Part shown: piece by piece, positions 12,034 through 23,897 of the stretch | Layout of the letters: the number at the start of each line of letters is the position of its first letter | Position numbering within the stretch: position 1 is the stretch's first letter | Origin: TPA_inf: Saccharomyces | Lineage: Eukaryota | NCBI GenBank assembly: GCA_000146045.2 | Contig: BK006936.2 | Coordinates: 288,001-352,000, forward strand | Reading direction: 5' to 3' | Length of the DNA stretch: 64,000 nt | Notes under the pieces: generated by a model | Told to the model about the DNA's origin: nothing | Seen by the model: the letters and a program-made list of their open reading frames with translations, nothing else | Database searches by the model: none | Program-made: the position numbers and the translations under genes

Positions 12034-12059
12034 AAAAAAAAAAAAAAAAAAAAAAAAAA
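12034..12059. promoter_or_regulatory. poly(dA)26 tract plus TATA (tttatataaac, 12058-12070) in the RPL4A promoter
   Basis: Seen directly. This is the typical architecture of an Abf1-driven ribosomal-protein promoter. Confidence 0.6.
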
Positions 12060-12135
12060 TTTATATAAACGAATGGTATCTCCATCACATTTCTTTTAGC
12101 CTCGCAACTTGTACTTTTCATCACTTTTCTTGTAA

Positions 12136-13254
<1,119 letters not shown>

Positions 13255-13943
13255 ACTTATTAGTACATTAAAAATATTCTTTTATTTTTTATATACATAC
13301 ATAAGCCTTTAATACCTTTAAAGCGGTAACGACTGCCTCTTGAACTTAAAATTATTCTTTTTTTTGGATATTTGTTCGTTATGTTTAATGTATATATGTT
13401 GATGTTCGATCAGTTTTACGATATGCTCTTATAGGAACATTTACAGTTTTCCCCGCATTGAGTCCAGACCGAAGGTTACATACAAGATTTCTTCAGCGTT
13501 TGTTACTTCAGGAAGGCAATGGTAATCATACGTATCACATTGAGCAACCTACTGAGGGAGAAAGGAGATTTGTGCCTGGAACTACTTCGTGTAGACAAAG
13601 GAATATACCCCTTTGATACTTCTCAACCAATTGGTAGTATGCAGGTGCTGCTCCCCCACGCTAGTAATTACCCCGGTTCCGCTCAATTTTATCTTTTTGA
13701 CGCGGCTACGAAACTCGGTTTCGAGCAGTCCGTTAACTTAAACTACAGTGAAAATCATTGGTTAAACAACACTCCATGCCAGTATCTGTATGTGTTTTTG
13801 CAACAAGCACGACTGGAGTAATAAAGAGTCACGCTAGCAAAATTTGTCTCTATAAGATTAAGATTCTGCTTTATAGCTTTGGAACCTTTCGTAGCTGTAG
13901 CCCGCTACGTAGAAATACATAACAATAGAATAATCTTTCAAAA

Positions 13944-16703
13944 ATGTCACACCATGTTCCTAATTTATATGGTACACCTATTCGCGACCCTCACGAACGC
14001 AAACGCAATTCAGCGTCAATGGGCGAAGTAAATCAGTCAGTTTCTTCGAGGAATTGTGAAAGAGGAAGTGAAAAGGGCACGAAGCAAAGGAAGAAAGCCT
14101 CTCACGCTTGTGACCAATGTAGAAGGAAAAGAATCAAGTGCAGGTTTGATAAACATACCGGCGTATGTCAAGGGTGCTTAGAAGTCGGTGAAAAGTGTCA
14201 ATTTATTAGAGTTCCATTGAAACGTGGTCCTGCAAAAAAAAGGGGCAGTGTAGTATCCATTGAAAAATTCAGCTCGGATAATGATCCTCTTCAATACCGA
14301 CCAAGAACACATTCATACCCAATGAACTCGGGAAATAACTACTTACCATCACTCGCCAGGAATTCCTCTTTTCCTTCCATAAGCAGTCTATTTGTTCCCT
14401 CGATAACTGCTCAATCGCAACAATTTGTAAAGGTGCCGTACGATGACATCAAGCGTAGGAGCTCTCTGGCAATATTAGGCAGCGATTCATCGATATCTAC
14501 CGAATTTGGGGGAAACTATCGCTTAGATGAAAACTTAAATGTCAGGCAAGAGGGGAAGGATATTGTAGCGAAAGGAATGATAACGCCCGTGGAGGAAATG
14601 GGCGCATGTTCATCTAACGTTCGTCGTCAGGGTTCACAATCTCTTCCAATTCAAGAACAGCGCGCTAGCCCGTACATTAACCCTTTTATCTCTGGGAGAT
14701 CCAGGCTAAGCAGCCTTTCCTATACAAGTGAGGCTACAACTTCAGAAGGTAATACGCAAGGTAAAAACCAATGCATGCTTACTCCCAATAGTGTACGTTC
14801 CATTGAAAAGGAACGATTAAACTCGTTAACTGCGGGATTTCCGAACAAAAAATTAGGCACAGATGGTAGAAGTGACAAATGGGACAAAAATTCGACTTGG
14901 AAGCCTGTATATCGATCGTCGAATCCTTCTCATCCTAGCACTGAAAAAAATGTTTCCTTGAATCAGGAAGCCAGTGCTAAACCACTTATGCTTGGAACCT
15001 ACAGACAGTTTGATGCAACCTCGTTCTACAAGGTTTTAGGCATCTACTATAACTTTTTCCATATTAATTTTCCTGTAATACCAATTAACAAAAGTAAATT
15101 TACTGACATGCTTGATCCTGAAAAGCCAAACGTGATTGATGAGATCAGACAAATTAACAATGAAATTATCCAGTGTTTTAAAACCGCGCTAGAGGTATTG
15201 GTATTTTGCAAAATAAAACAAAGAAGGTCATCGAAATCAACAAAATCATGGTCTCGTGACAGTTTATGCGATTTTCAAAAAGGTCTGTATTACATTCAGA
15301 ATTTCAACAAATGTATAGCCGACTGCTTCCAAAGTTTAATAACTATAAAACCCGTATTAAAACAAAATTCCAGTGTTATTCCTTCAAGAATAAAGTTCAT
15401 TTACTTTTCGACAATAATAGTGTTAAATTTTATCTTAATATTGGCCGGTGAGGAAAGCTCGCTTTTGCTAGGCCCCTCTGTTGGGGTTTTTAACGAATTT
15501 CAAGCTCATAAGTTATTTCTACCTTTTCAAAATACGTCCCCAATGCTATTATTAAATTCAAACGAGGAAAGTGGTGACGAGATACTGGATTATGCTGTGT
15601 TGTTCAAAAGGTTGTACATCCTTTTAAACATTCTGGATACGCTACAAAGCTTTCGGCTAGGTCAACCAAAATTAATTAATCTAAATTTTGGTAGCGCCAT
15701 TGAAACATATTTTAGCGATAAAACAGGTCATAACCAAGTCGTCGAAAAAGCTCCCGTAGCTTTGGATAACATTCTACGAAACCTTAAACTTGGTGAATTT
15801 ATAACATATTTTGTCCTTAACAGAAAATCATTGCAAGTAAATGTACCTCACCACTTGCTGTTCACAAATCAAACGGATTACGGAGAGTTCGCTGTTGAAA
15901 AAGGGGAACATGATAATATAGCTGGCAAATTTGAGACCCTTTTGAAGAAAAAGGAAATTTTAATCAGAAAATTACTAAATATTGAACAGAAAAATGACCA
16001 TATTCTAGAAAATTGCTGCAATTCGGATGCTGAAATGAAAAATATCGGAGAGCTAGTCTGCTCAATGATCACTCTGGTATCAGGCATATTAGATTCAATT
16101 ACTAATATGAACGCAGAAAACTCTGTTGATTTGGATTCAAAGCCCCTTCCGAACGCCTATTTTGCTCAGGACAGTGAAGAAGAATTAATGTCGCCAACAC
16201 AAAGTATTACGTCAAATCTTGCCAGTGAAGAAAATACACGTTGCACAACCAAAGACTTGATGGGAACTGTTTCTATTTTCATGCTGCCAATGGTGGAAGA
16301 ATGCTATAATATCATTAGTTTGATAGGACCCATACCTACCACATTAATAAGTTTATACATCCGTAATGGAAATATGGCCAAGGGAATAAATGACAGAATT
16401 ATGACGTTGTCAACTGCGCTGAACGAATTGGTGCAAATAACCGCACTATTTAATACCCTAGAACCTTTTAGGAAGAATGCACATGACCGTGCTAAGCGTT
16501 ACTATGTAAGTGCTACAAGTAGTACCGGATGCTACGAATCGGTAATGAAGAGCATGTATTCCGGAAAATGTGCAGCTAGTAACGCCTCAAACGTTGCGCC
16601 ATCGGAGGAAGAAAACAAAAAGATATTGAAAAAGTTTGCCGACATAGGTTGGAAATTGATGGATGATTCAGAATTGGGTTGTTGCTGTTGCTTCTTTAAC
16701 TAA
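13944..16703 (+). CDS. EDS1: Zn(II)2Cys6 binuclear-cluster transcription factor (EDS1, YBR033W)
   Basis: 919-aa ORF with the N-terminal '[33 protein letters not shown]' Zn2Cys6 motif and a fungal-specific TF middle region. Confidence 0.8.
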   Translation: MSHHVPNLYGTPIRDPHERKRNSASMGEVNQSVSSRNCERGSEKGTKQRKKASHACDQCRRKRIKCRFDKHTGVCQGCLEVGEKCQFIRVPLKRGPAKKRGSVVSIEKFSSDNDPLQYRPRTHSYPMNSGNNYLPSLARNSSFPSISSLFVPSITAQSQQFVKVPYDDIKRRSSLAILGSDSSISTEFGGNYRLDENLNVRQEGKDIVAKGMITPVEEMGACSSNVRRQGSQSLPIQEQRASPYINPFISGRSRLSSLSYTSEATTSEGNTQGKNQCMLTPNSVRSIEKERLNSLTAGFPNKKLGTDGRSDKWDKNSTWKPVYRSSNPSHPSTEKNVSLNQEASAKPLMLGTYRQFDATSFYKVLGIYYNFFHINFPVIPINKSKFTDMLDPEKPNVIDEIRQINNEIIQCFKTALEVLVFCKIKQRRSSKSTKSWSRDSLCDFQKGLYYIQNFNKCIADCFQSLITIKPVLKQNSSVIPSRIKFIYFSTIIVLNFILILAGEESSLLLGPSVGVFNEFQAHKLFLPFQNTSPMLLLNSNEESGDEILDYAVLFKRLYILLNILDTLQSFRLGQPKLINLNFGSAIETYFSDKTGHNQVVEKAPVALDNILRNLKLGEFITYFVLNRKSLQVNVPHHLLFTNQTDYGEFAVEKGEHDNIAGKFETLLKKKEILIRKLLNIEQKNDHILENCCNSDAEMKNIGELVCSMITLVSGILDSITNMNAENSVDLDSKPLPNAYFAQDSEEELMSPTQSITSNLASEENTRCTTKDLMGTVSIFMLPMVEECYNIISLIGPIPTTLISLYIRNGNMAKGINDRIMTLSTALNELVQITALFNTLEPFRKNAHDRAKRYYVSATSSTGCYESVMKSMYSGKCAASNASNVAPSEEENKKILKKFADIGWKLMDDSELGCCCCFFN

Positions 16704-16929
16704 TATTCATGATAACAAGGTGAAAAATAGCATCCTAATGAAGGATAGATAAGTAGATTTTTTCTTTTAAAAACTATAGTACAAGGACATGCAAAGTCAT
16801 ATATCTAAACTAATTTTGGTACACGACCAACAAAAAAGGGTAACAAAGTACACATATTCGCGTCAATAATATGAACAAGTTTGTTTATTTGCTTTTCAAA
16901 TTTTTTTCTTTCTCCAGCAAACAAAAGTC

Positions 16930-17976
16930 TTAATGCATTAAATAAGAACCTTCGTTTTTTCTGCTTCTTGAATTACCGTCGATGCCATTCGATTCGAACT
17001 TGTAAGAAATTTTGATATTTAGATCTCTGTTATTCTTCTCGTTTGGAGAGCAAACCAATTCACCTTCAATGGTGTCACCAGTTTCAGCATCTAGATCATC
17101 AGGGAAATAAAATATTGTTTGCTTCCAGTGAGTGTATGGAGCATGAGGACCAGTGGAGAACTCAACAGGTCTCTTACCCTTTGGTGCAGGGAAAACAATG
17201 TCGAACCAGGTGACTATACCATTAATCATATCTTGTCTCTTGGCCGTCAATTTAAAGTTACTCTTAAACGCTAGATCTGATATTTTTACTGTATTTAAAT
17301 CAAATTCGATCAATTTGTCTGAGGTGGTGTTGACATTGTTTCTTTCCACGGTGTCGACGATGGGCTCGTGTAAGACCAACGGAACAAATGGCGAATAATC
17401 AAACCCGTAAACGTCTTGCCAGTAGTTCAACTTCTCGTCTTTATACTGAGAGTCTTCCAAACCGGCCAAATGAATGGAGCACTTGTCGGGAAAGATCAGA
17501 CCGCCTTCTACCAAATAGTGGTCTCTAGCGTAAAGAACGGTGTCCATCATGGACTCGTATAGTAGAAAGTAACCCATCCATTCAGAAATTATGATGTCAA
17601 CTTTAGGAAAGGGTAAATGAACGTCCTCCAACTTGCCTCTTAGCAAGGTGATCTTGTCGCTGAATCCGTTCAACTCTACCAATTCCTTCGCCATCTCAAT
17701 AATGCTTGACATATCAACACCGATAACATGCTTCGCACCGTGTTTAGCGGCAAACATGGATAAAATACCGGTACCGCAACCGACGTCTAAAACAATCTTG
17801 TCCTTAAAAAGATCCTTATTTTGGATAATTGCGTTTCTGTAAGATAAGGTACGAACAGTATCTTGAAGCATCTCTTCGTGAATACCATAGTGATCGTACG
17901 AATTGAAGTAGTGCTGTTCGCTTTCACTTAGCTTGGTTTTTTCTGTAGCAGAATCTTTCACGGCTGTCTTGCTCAT
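16930..17976 (-). CDS. HMT1: Type I protein arginine N-methyltransferase (HMT1/RMT1, YBR034C)
   Basis: 348-aa ORF with SAM-binding motif I 'VLDVGCGTGILS' and a PRMT beta-barrel. Confidence 0.92.
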   Translation of the reverse strand: MSKTAVKDSATEKTKLSESEQHYFNSYDHYGIHEEMLQDTVRTLSYRNAIIQNKDLFKDKIVLDVGCGTGILSMFAAKHGAKHVIGVDMSSIIEMAKELVELNGFSDKITLLRGKLEDVHLPFPKVDIIISEWMGYFLLYESMMDTVLYARDHYLVEGGLIFPDKCSIHLAGLEDSQYKDEKLNYWQDVYGFDYSPFVPLVLHEPIVDTVERNNVNTTSDKLIEFDLNTVKISDLAFKSNFKLTAKRQDMINGIVTWFDIVFPAPKGKRPVEFSTGPHAPYTHWKQTIFYFPDDLDAETGDTIEGELVCSPNEKNNRDLNIKISYKFESNGIDGNSRSRKNEGSYLMH

Positions 17977-18268
17977 TATTTTCTTTGGATGAATTTGTCG
18001 GTTCTAACTCTTTTTTGGAAACGGCAAGGTGAGCAGTAGGCAGCTCATCTCTTCAACTATTTTTATAACATATAATTTCCCTTTGTGAAAAAATTTTCCC
18101 GCCATTTCCAAATTTCGGAATTCCTTTTTCTTTTTTTTCATCTCGGTATATTCTGACATATTACCCTATAGGCGGTATAAAAAGATTCATTATACAGTAT
18201 AAAATAGAAAATGAGAGAATTATATGGTGTTAAATAGATCCTACATTGAATTTTTCATTAACAGTCCC

Positions 18269-18955
18269 TCATGGGGCTAGTCTAACGACTTTCCATGGAT
18301 CGTTTTCTGTTTTTCTTCTGTAAACGAATCTATCATGCAATCTCGAGGGTCTACCTTGCCAGAACTCAATTTCCAGTGGAACGATTCTCAAGCCACCCCA
18401 ATAATCTGGACATGGGATGTCTTCAGCATCCTTGAAACGTTCGGTGTTTTTTTGGGTCAACTCGTCTAGTTCTTCTCTGTTCTTGATAACATCCGATTGG
18501 CGGGAAGCCCATGCACCGATCTTGGATCCACGAGGTCTCGTCTTAAAGTATCTTTCAGAAGTTTCTCTGTTAACATGCTCTGTGATACCTTCAACTCTCA
18601 CCTGCCTTTGCAGATCCTTCCAAAAGAATACGATTGCCGCATTCGGGTTGGTAGCAATATCATGAGCCTTTCTAGAGGTTCCCCAGTTAGAATAAATAGT
18701 AAAACCTCTATGGTCGAGCTCCTTAAAAAGAAGAATCCTGGACGACACCCTCCCACTAGGTAGTTCCGCGGATGAAAAAGTAATTGCTTCTGGCAACGTT
18801 TCCCTTGGGTCTTCCTTGGCTTCGTTGAACCATTTGGTGAAAAGATCGATTGGGTCGTCAGTAAGTTGTTTTTCATTCAAAGTAAATTTATCATATTGAT
18901 ACGTCTCAGGAGCAAATATGATTGGCTTTTGGGTCTCCTCAGCTTGTTTAGTCAT
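18269..18955 (-). CDS. PDX3: Pyridoxine/pyridoxamine 5'-phosphate oxidase (PDX3, YBR035C)
   Basis: 228-aa ORF of the PNPOx family with the C-terminal 'RLHDRFVYRR...WKVVRLAP' signature. Confidence 0.9.
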   Translation of the reverse strand: MTKQAEETQKPIIFAPETYQYDKFTLNEKQLTDDPIDLFTKWFNEAKEDPRETLPEAITFSSAELPSGRVSSRILLFKELDHRGFTIYSNWGTSRKAHDIATNPNAAIVFFWKDLQRQVRVEGITEHVNRETSERYFKTRPRGSKIGAWASRQSDVIKNREELDELTQKNTERFKDAEDIPCPDYWGGLRIVPLEIEFWQGRPSRLHDRFVYRRKTENDPWKVVRLAP

Positions 18956-19586
18956 TTTCAGTGCAGATCCGTGAAGTGTACTACTGGTCTAGGTAGAGTA
19001 TCTTTAAAATATCTAATCATGCAAATTAGTCATTTCTTCTTTCTTATAAGTTGCGGCCCCTTCTAGTATTTACAATTTACCCGGCGCTGGTTCTGGTGGC
19101 ATCTATAAGAGCTCTATCTGGCTGCTAAGCAGACTTGCTGTTACTTGTATGTGCTGTTTATCAAGATTGGGGCATTACGCATGTGTATGTGTGAACTACA
19201 GTAGTGTTATGAAATACAGCCTGAAAGACGAAAACTTCACAACGGAACTTAAGCGGTTCAATAAACATCTATCTGCCAGCTTAGAGAGACTACCCGTGGT
19301 AGAGAAAGACACGGGCAGCCAAAAATACTGGGTGTTGTATATTTACTTGTGTTAGTTTATAAATAAATTTTATATCACTATATGTGTGGTGAAAAGGAAG
19401 AGCAATCCTGCTAAAGCTTTTATATCTAAACGCCAAAAAAATAAAAAAAAAAGGAAATGGGAGAAAAGTTTTCAGCGCGCGAACTCGCGAAAAAACTTCC
19501 TCTTTAGCAATGGTGACATATAGATCTCAAGGTTCTCAATTAAAAGACCTTCTTTGTAGCTTTTAGTGTGATTTTTCTGGTTTGAG

Positions 19587-20887
19587 AATAAAACTAGAGA
19601 GGAAGATAGGTACCCTATGAAAATGTCAATGGCTGTTGCGTTTGCTTAATCGTATTTTTTTTTTTTTCAGTCCGTGTTTTTTGTACATTCTACGTTTGAG
19701 TTTTCCATCATGCAGGCCTCAGAAATTTGGTAGGCACTCGATGGTGAAGAGATAGTGTCGGATTTCGGATTGATCTTTCAGTTGATAGCCTGCTGCTCTT
19801 TTCTTTTCCAAAGAATTTCGAGTATGCTGGTGTCAGTGTAGATGCTTGTGTGTGCGCAATTTGTGGTTTTTTATTGTGTTTCTACTTATAGATGGCTAAA
19901 ATCTGAGTTTAGAAAATGCAAACCGTAAATTCTTAAACACTGCTATTGCATTTAGTTGCTAAAGCAGTGTTTTTGAACTTATTCCTGTTATTCCTTCTTC
20001 GTACCGATCCTCTTCTCGACCTAACCTTTTAATTACCATGGGAAGCCTACCATCACCACACCCACACACAAATGTTACAGCTAATTGTTTATTAGCAAAG
20101 TTTGCACGAGTTCGCTGTTTATTTTTTTCTCGTTTTCTTATACCTAGTATTTTTTCTGACACTGTTTAAGGTGACAGAAAAAAAGGAGTTTAAGTTAGAT
20201 TTGCAAACAGACGGTGCTAAGCGCTGTCACTTTATGTCTATCTTATCGTTAACTCTGGAAAAAGAAAAAGGAAAAAGAACGTCAGGGAACATGAGTATAT
20301 ATAGAAATGGTTTATTCTAGTTTTTTCCGTTTTTTCAGTAGATTTTTGCCTTTAAAAGAATAAATCCCACTACAAAAAGGTAAAATAAAAAATCTATTCA
20401 CTGAACTTACTGATGAAATTTCCAAATGTGCCCCGTACATCGAACGATGTGACAGAGAAAAATACGAGTAGGTAAATAAGCCAAAAGGCAAGGGTGTCCT
20501 TTCTTAAGCATCGGTTAGGTTTGCGGGCGATCAGTAACTGAACAATGACACAAGATCAAGAACGTAATTTGAGATTTTTCAAGATGGTTTTTTTAGGTAT
20601 CTATTAAAACTACTTTGATGATCAATACGGTATTTTTGTCGCATTATTTTCCAAGCGGAAGGAACCGTGTGTTCATTTTATGAATCTTGGTGTTGTATTC
20701 ACAGCTACTTCTCCTAATGCCTTCGATGCATTTAGATAATTTTTGGAAACATTTTTTTTCTTGATGTATATTTTTTGTATTGTAGAAATCGCGCGTACTG
20801 TACTTGTATATCGCTTTATAAGCGCTTTTAATTGATTGTTCATGACGAGGATAGGCGGATAGGCGGAGGTATGCCTCTTAATATTTA
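19587..20887 (+). ncRNA. TLC1: Telomerase RNA template component TLC1. The mature RNA is about 1.16 kb and the poly(A)+ precursor extends to about 20887.
   Basis: The ORF-free 2.1 kb gap between PDX3 and CSG2 contains CACCACACCCACACAC at 20054-20069, the complement of yeast TG1-3 telomeric repeats and so the telomerase template. It lies about 468 nt from the presumed 5' end. The Sm site AATTTTTGG lies at 20738-20746 near the mature 3' end. The chromosomal position matches my memory of TLC1 (YNCB0010W). Confidence 0.8.
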
Positions 20888-21080
20888 TAATAAAGCCCAC
20901 CAAATGGCTTCTTCTTTTTAGAATATACAATATACAAATAAAAATAAAAAAATAGAAGAACATCCTAGTAATTGTCTTGAAAATAATCAAGATATTGATT
21001 GGGATTTTTTATTTAGGGAAACCAAATAATTGCATATGCTTGTTACATCATCATCAGTCATATAAAGTATGTTGTCCGTA

Positions 21081-22313
21081 CTAATGGTGGTATTTACCTT
21101 CCCCGAGTGTTACTGATAGGACCAACAAACTTACCGTTAGCATTATGTATCCTATGACTTCCCATCTCACAATTGTGGTTTGCGTAGGTTCGCAAACCCA
21201 CTCAGCTAACCCCATAAAGATAATAGCTCCCAGGTTGCACGTCGTCAAATACTCAGCAGGGGCCTTGCGATTCAACTCTAATATCGAAATCAAGCTCGGC
21301 AAGGAACCAAAGATAATCGAGCCTAGTAGAGAGAACCAAAAGCTCTTGTCATTATAGAACAACGAAATGGATTCCACAGACTCACGGGAGGGAAATTTAG
21401 GAATAAATGGCAAAAGTATTACCATGCCAATAATACCGATTAGGGCCATGTGGGTGCTCTGCTTAACCAAGACTACAGCAGAATTTTCGTTCTTGGAAAT
21501 GTTACTGCAAAACCAACGGTTCCATAACACGGCAAAAGGACCCATAATCAAAGCACCAAGGCCGCAAATCAGAGCACCTTTCAACCTATCAAACAAGAAT
21601 GGGTCAGAAAGTTCACCCGTGTTAGGGTTGACGGACAGCTTTCCGGCAAGCATGTCACAGGTAGCCTTCGTGTATGAGATGATCAAAATTCCAATGACCG
21701 CGTTCATCATGATGAGGAAATTACGGAAAACGTAGTTCTTCCTGGAGATTCCACAAACACCATATAGTAAAGTGACAATTTCGAAAATGGCAGTATTTTG
21801 CATCAAAGCAACATCAAATGCCGGTGACAATGACAAAGCCATGTTATAAGTCAAATCAGCGACAATCATTATGAGAGCCAGCACTGTTAGCTTAGCCACA
21901 TATTTGAAGGTAGCCACGGATATGATTTTTTGCTTCTGCTGTTGGGCTGGAATCCGTGGTTGAGGATCATCCAACACGTGCGAGAACGTATCGACATCTT
22001 CGTTTGTCACAGACCCGCTGTTGTTGTTGTCAAACTGAGAATTCCTGTTCGAGTCTGAGTCAGAGACAAACATCGGTCTCATCTTCTCCCAAAGTCGAGA
22101 TGCAGGCACCAAGAGCAGCCACGAAGCAAAATACATAAAGGTCAGATAGAAGGTTAATGAACTTGAGTTTCCGTTGTCGCCGTTAGTTTCAGGCGTTGCA
22201 ATTGTACCATTGGGCCCCACGGAGATTTCCTTTTTAGATTGTATGTTAGACAAACATTTTGTTTGAATCACGTAGCCTATTACACTTGAAAACCAAAGTA
22301 GTGTGGTAGACAT
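21081..22313 (-). CDS. CSG2: ER membrane protein required for mannosylation of inositolphosphorylceramide / Ca2+ homeostasis (CSG2, YBR036C)
   Basis: 410-aa polytopic membrane ORF with synteny. Confidence 0.8.
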   Translation of the reverse strand: MSTTLLWFSSVIGYVIQTKCLSNIQSKKEISVGPNGTIATPETNGDNGNSSSLTFYLTFMYFASWLLLVPASRLWEKMRPMFVSDSDSNRNSQFDNNNSGSVTNEDVDTFSHVLDDPQPRIPAQQQKQKIISVATFKYVAKLTVLALIMIVADLTYNMALSLSPAFDVALMQNTAIFEIVTLLYGVCGISRKNYVFRNFLIMMNAVIGILIISYTKATCDMLAGKLSVNPNTGELSDPFLFDRLKGALICGLGALIMGPFAVLWNRWFCSNISKNENSAVVLVKQSTHMALIGIIGMVILLPFIPKFPSRESVESISLFYNDKSFWFSLLGSIIFGSLPSLISILELNRKAPAEYLTTCNLGAIIFMGLAEWVCEPTQTTIVRWEVIGYIMLTVSLLVLSVTLGEGKYHH

Positions 22314-22564
22314 GACGCTGTATCTTTGTTTGTTATCGTGCTAACTCACCAGCTCAAGAGCGGATCTGTTCTGGAAGAAAATGGCCTACAAACATTTCTT
22401 TCACTTGATCTTCCCACGTTCACATAGCCTCCTTTAGAGTGAGAGAGCTTTTTTTTTTCTTGCGATACACCTTCGCCGGGTGATAGCCGATATTACAAGA
22501 ACGGGTTATAGCGTTATAAGTATATATGTATATACAAGGAAGAAAGTAGCATATATTTACAATC

Positions 22565-23452
22565 TTATTTGAATAAGAAGGAGTACCATGCCTCCTTCTG
22601 CTTGGCGCGCTGCTCTGCAGGCACATAACTCTTAACGTGTTCCACGATCTTGTCCACGCCCGTTTTTTCATCATAATTTCTACCCAAAGCATCAACAAAC
22701 TGTCCTTCAGGGTCCATGAGATAAAAGAAGATGGAATGGTCTACCAAATAATCTTGGCCCGGTTTGACGTTTGGAGGCGTAGAAAAGTATACTCTGTACT
22801 TCTTGCATGCGTTCTTCACCTCATCGAACGTCCCCGTCAAACCCAGGATGGAGGGATGAAAGTCGCTCAAATACTCTTTCAATACAGCAGGGGAGTCTCT
22901 TGCTGGATCACAAGTTATAAATAATGGCTGCAGAGTAATACCATACTTTGAAGAGAGTGTATTAAGCCATAGACCTAGCTTATCCAGTTCATCAGGACAG
23001 ATGTCAGGACAGTTACTAAACCCAAAGTATATTATAGAAAACTTACCGAGAAGGTTTTTCTCCGTAAACTCATTGCCATACATATCCTCCAGATGGAAGG
23101 GTCCCCCAAGTGAAGGTTTACCGTATCCTCTGTTTGCTTCAGCCTCCTTCTGTGTTTCCAATCTGCGTTTCTCCCTGTTGAAGAAATAAGAAAGTGCCCC
23201 ACCGACTGCTAGGAATAGAGCAATGGCCTTTCCCGTGGAAAACTCGATCGAGCCTTCTCGCACTTTGCCGTTATCCTTAATGGGAGTACCGCCCACAGGT
23301 ACTCTGCTTAATGGTTTCTTGCCATTTGACTGCCATAAGCGCGTTACAGTAAAGAATCCCCTTTGAGTGAGCAATTTAGCGCCATTGCCACTTAATCTTG
23401 CGGCTGGCAATTGGACCAATCTTAGATTGGCACTTCTTGACAACTTCAGCAT
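22565..23452 (-). CDS. SCO1: Sco-family copper chaperone for cytochrome c oxidase Cu(A) site (SCO1, YBR037C). The ORF extends to 23536; the probable start is the ATG at 23452, giving 295 aa.
   Basis: 'FGFSNCPDICPDEL' CxxxC motif, N-terminus 'MLKLSRSANLRLVQ', and paralogy with SCO2. Confidence 0.85.
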   Translation of the reverse strand: MLKLSRSANLRLVQLPAARLSGNGAKLLTQRGFFTVTRLWQSNGKKPLSRVPVGGTPIKDNGKVREGSIEFSTGKAIALFLAVGGALSYFFNREKRRLETQKEAEANRGYGKPSLGGPFHLEDMYGNEFTEKNLLGKFSIIYFGFSNCPDICPDELDKLGLWLNTLSSKYGITLQPLFITCDPARDSPAVLKEYLSDFHPSILGLTGTFDEVKNACKKYRVYFSTPPNVKPGQDYLVDHSIFFYLMDPEGQFVDALGRNYDEKTGVDKIVEHVKSYVPAEQRAKQKEAWYSFLFK

Positions 23453-23897
23453 CTTTTCTACGTTTGCTGTTTTTTCTGTTTCCCTTGCCTTATACGAACA
23501 TACGTTTCTAATGCCGATTATAAACACAATAGACACAATTATACTATTTTCTCACTTTTCTCTTCGGGAGATCGCTATTGATTATTATTCCCGTTTATTT
23601 CCTTCAATTTAGGGTCTGAAAAGAAGATAGTAGGGTTAGTTTTTTGGGGTTTAAAACCCTAGTATAAACCCCTATACTATTTGTTTATATATTTCCTATT
23701 TGAGTATGATAGCATCGATATTGAAATTTACAGAACTTCAATTTAGTTTCAATTGGGAATTCGAGGACTCTCCCTTGGGATGGCCCCAGTCTATTTAACT
23801 ATCTTCCATAATATTACTGTTGATTTCGTGACTCAGAAGAGAAAACAGAGGAAGTTACATATAGACCCAAATAAAAACCAAAGAACCACATATAGAA

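Noticed and set aside
13519-13821. 100-aa + strand ORF between RPL4A and EDS1 (dubious YBR032W)
   Set aside because: No domain, no codon bias, and it lies in the EDS1 promoter region. I treat it as a chance ORF.
16650-16706. EDS1 C-terminal '[10 protein letters not shown]', considered together with the CYSTM poly-Cys of MNC1 as a shared Cys-cluster motif
   Set aside because: A single CCCC at the extreme C-terminus of a Zn2Cys6 factor, with no repeat structure. It has no relation to the CYSTM module beyond composition.
19959-20990. Small ORFs (67, 72 and 105 aa) between PDX3 and CSG2
   Set aside because: They fall inside the TLC1 telomerase RNA locus or its 3' processing region. The 67-aa frame even spans the template sequence. 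They are non-coding.
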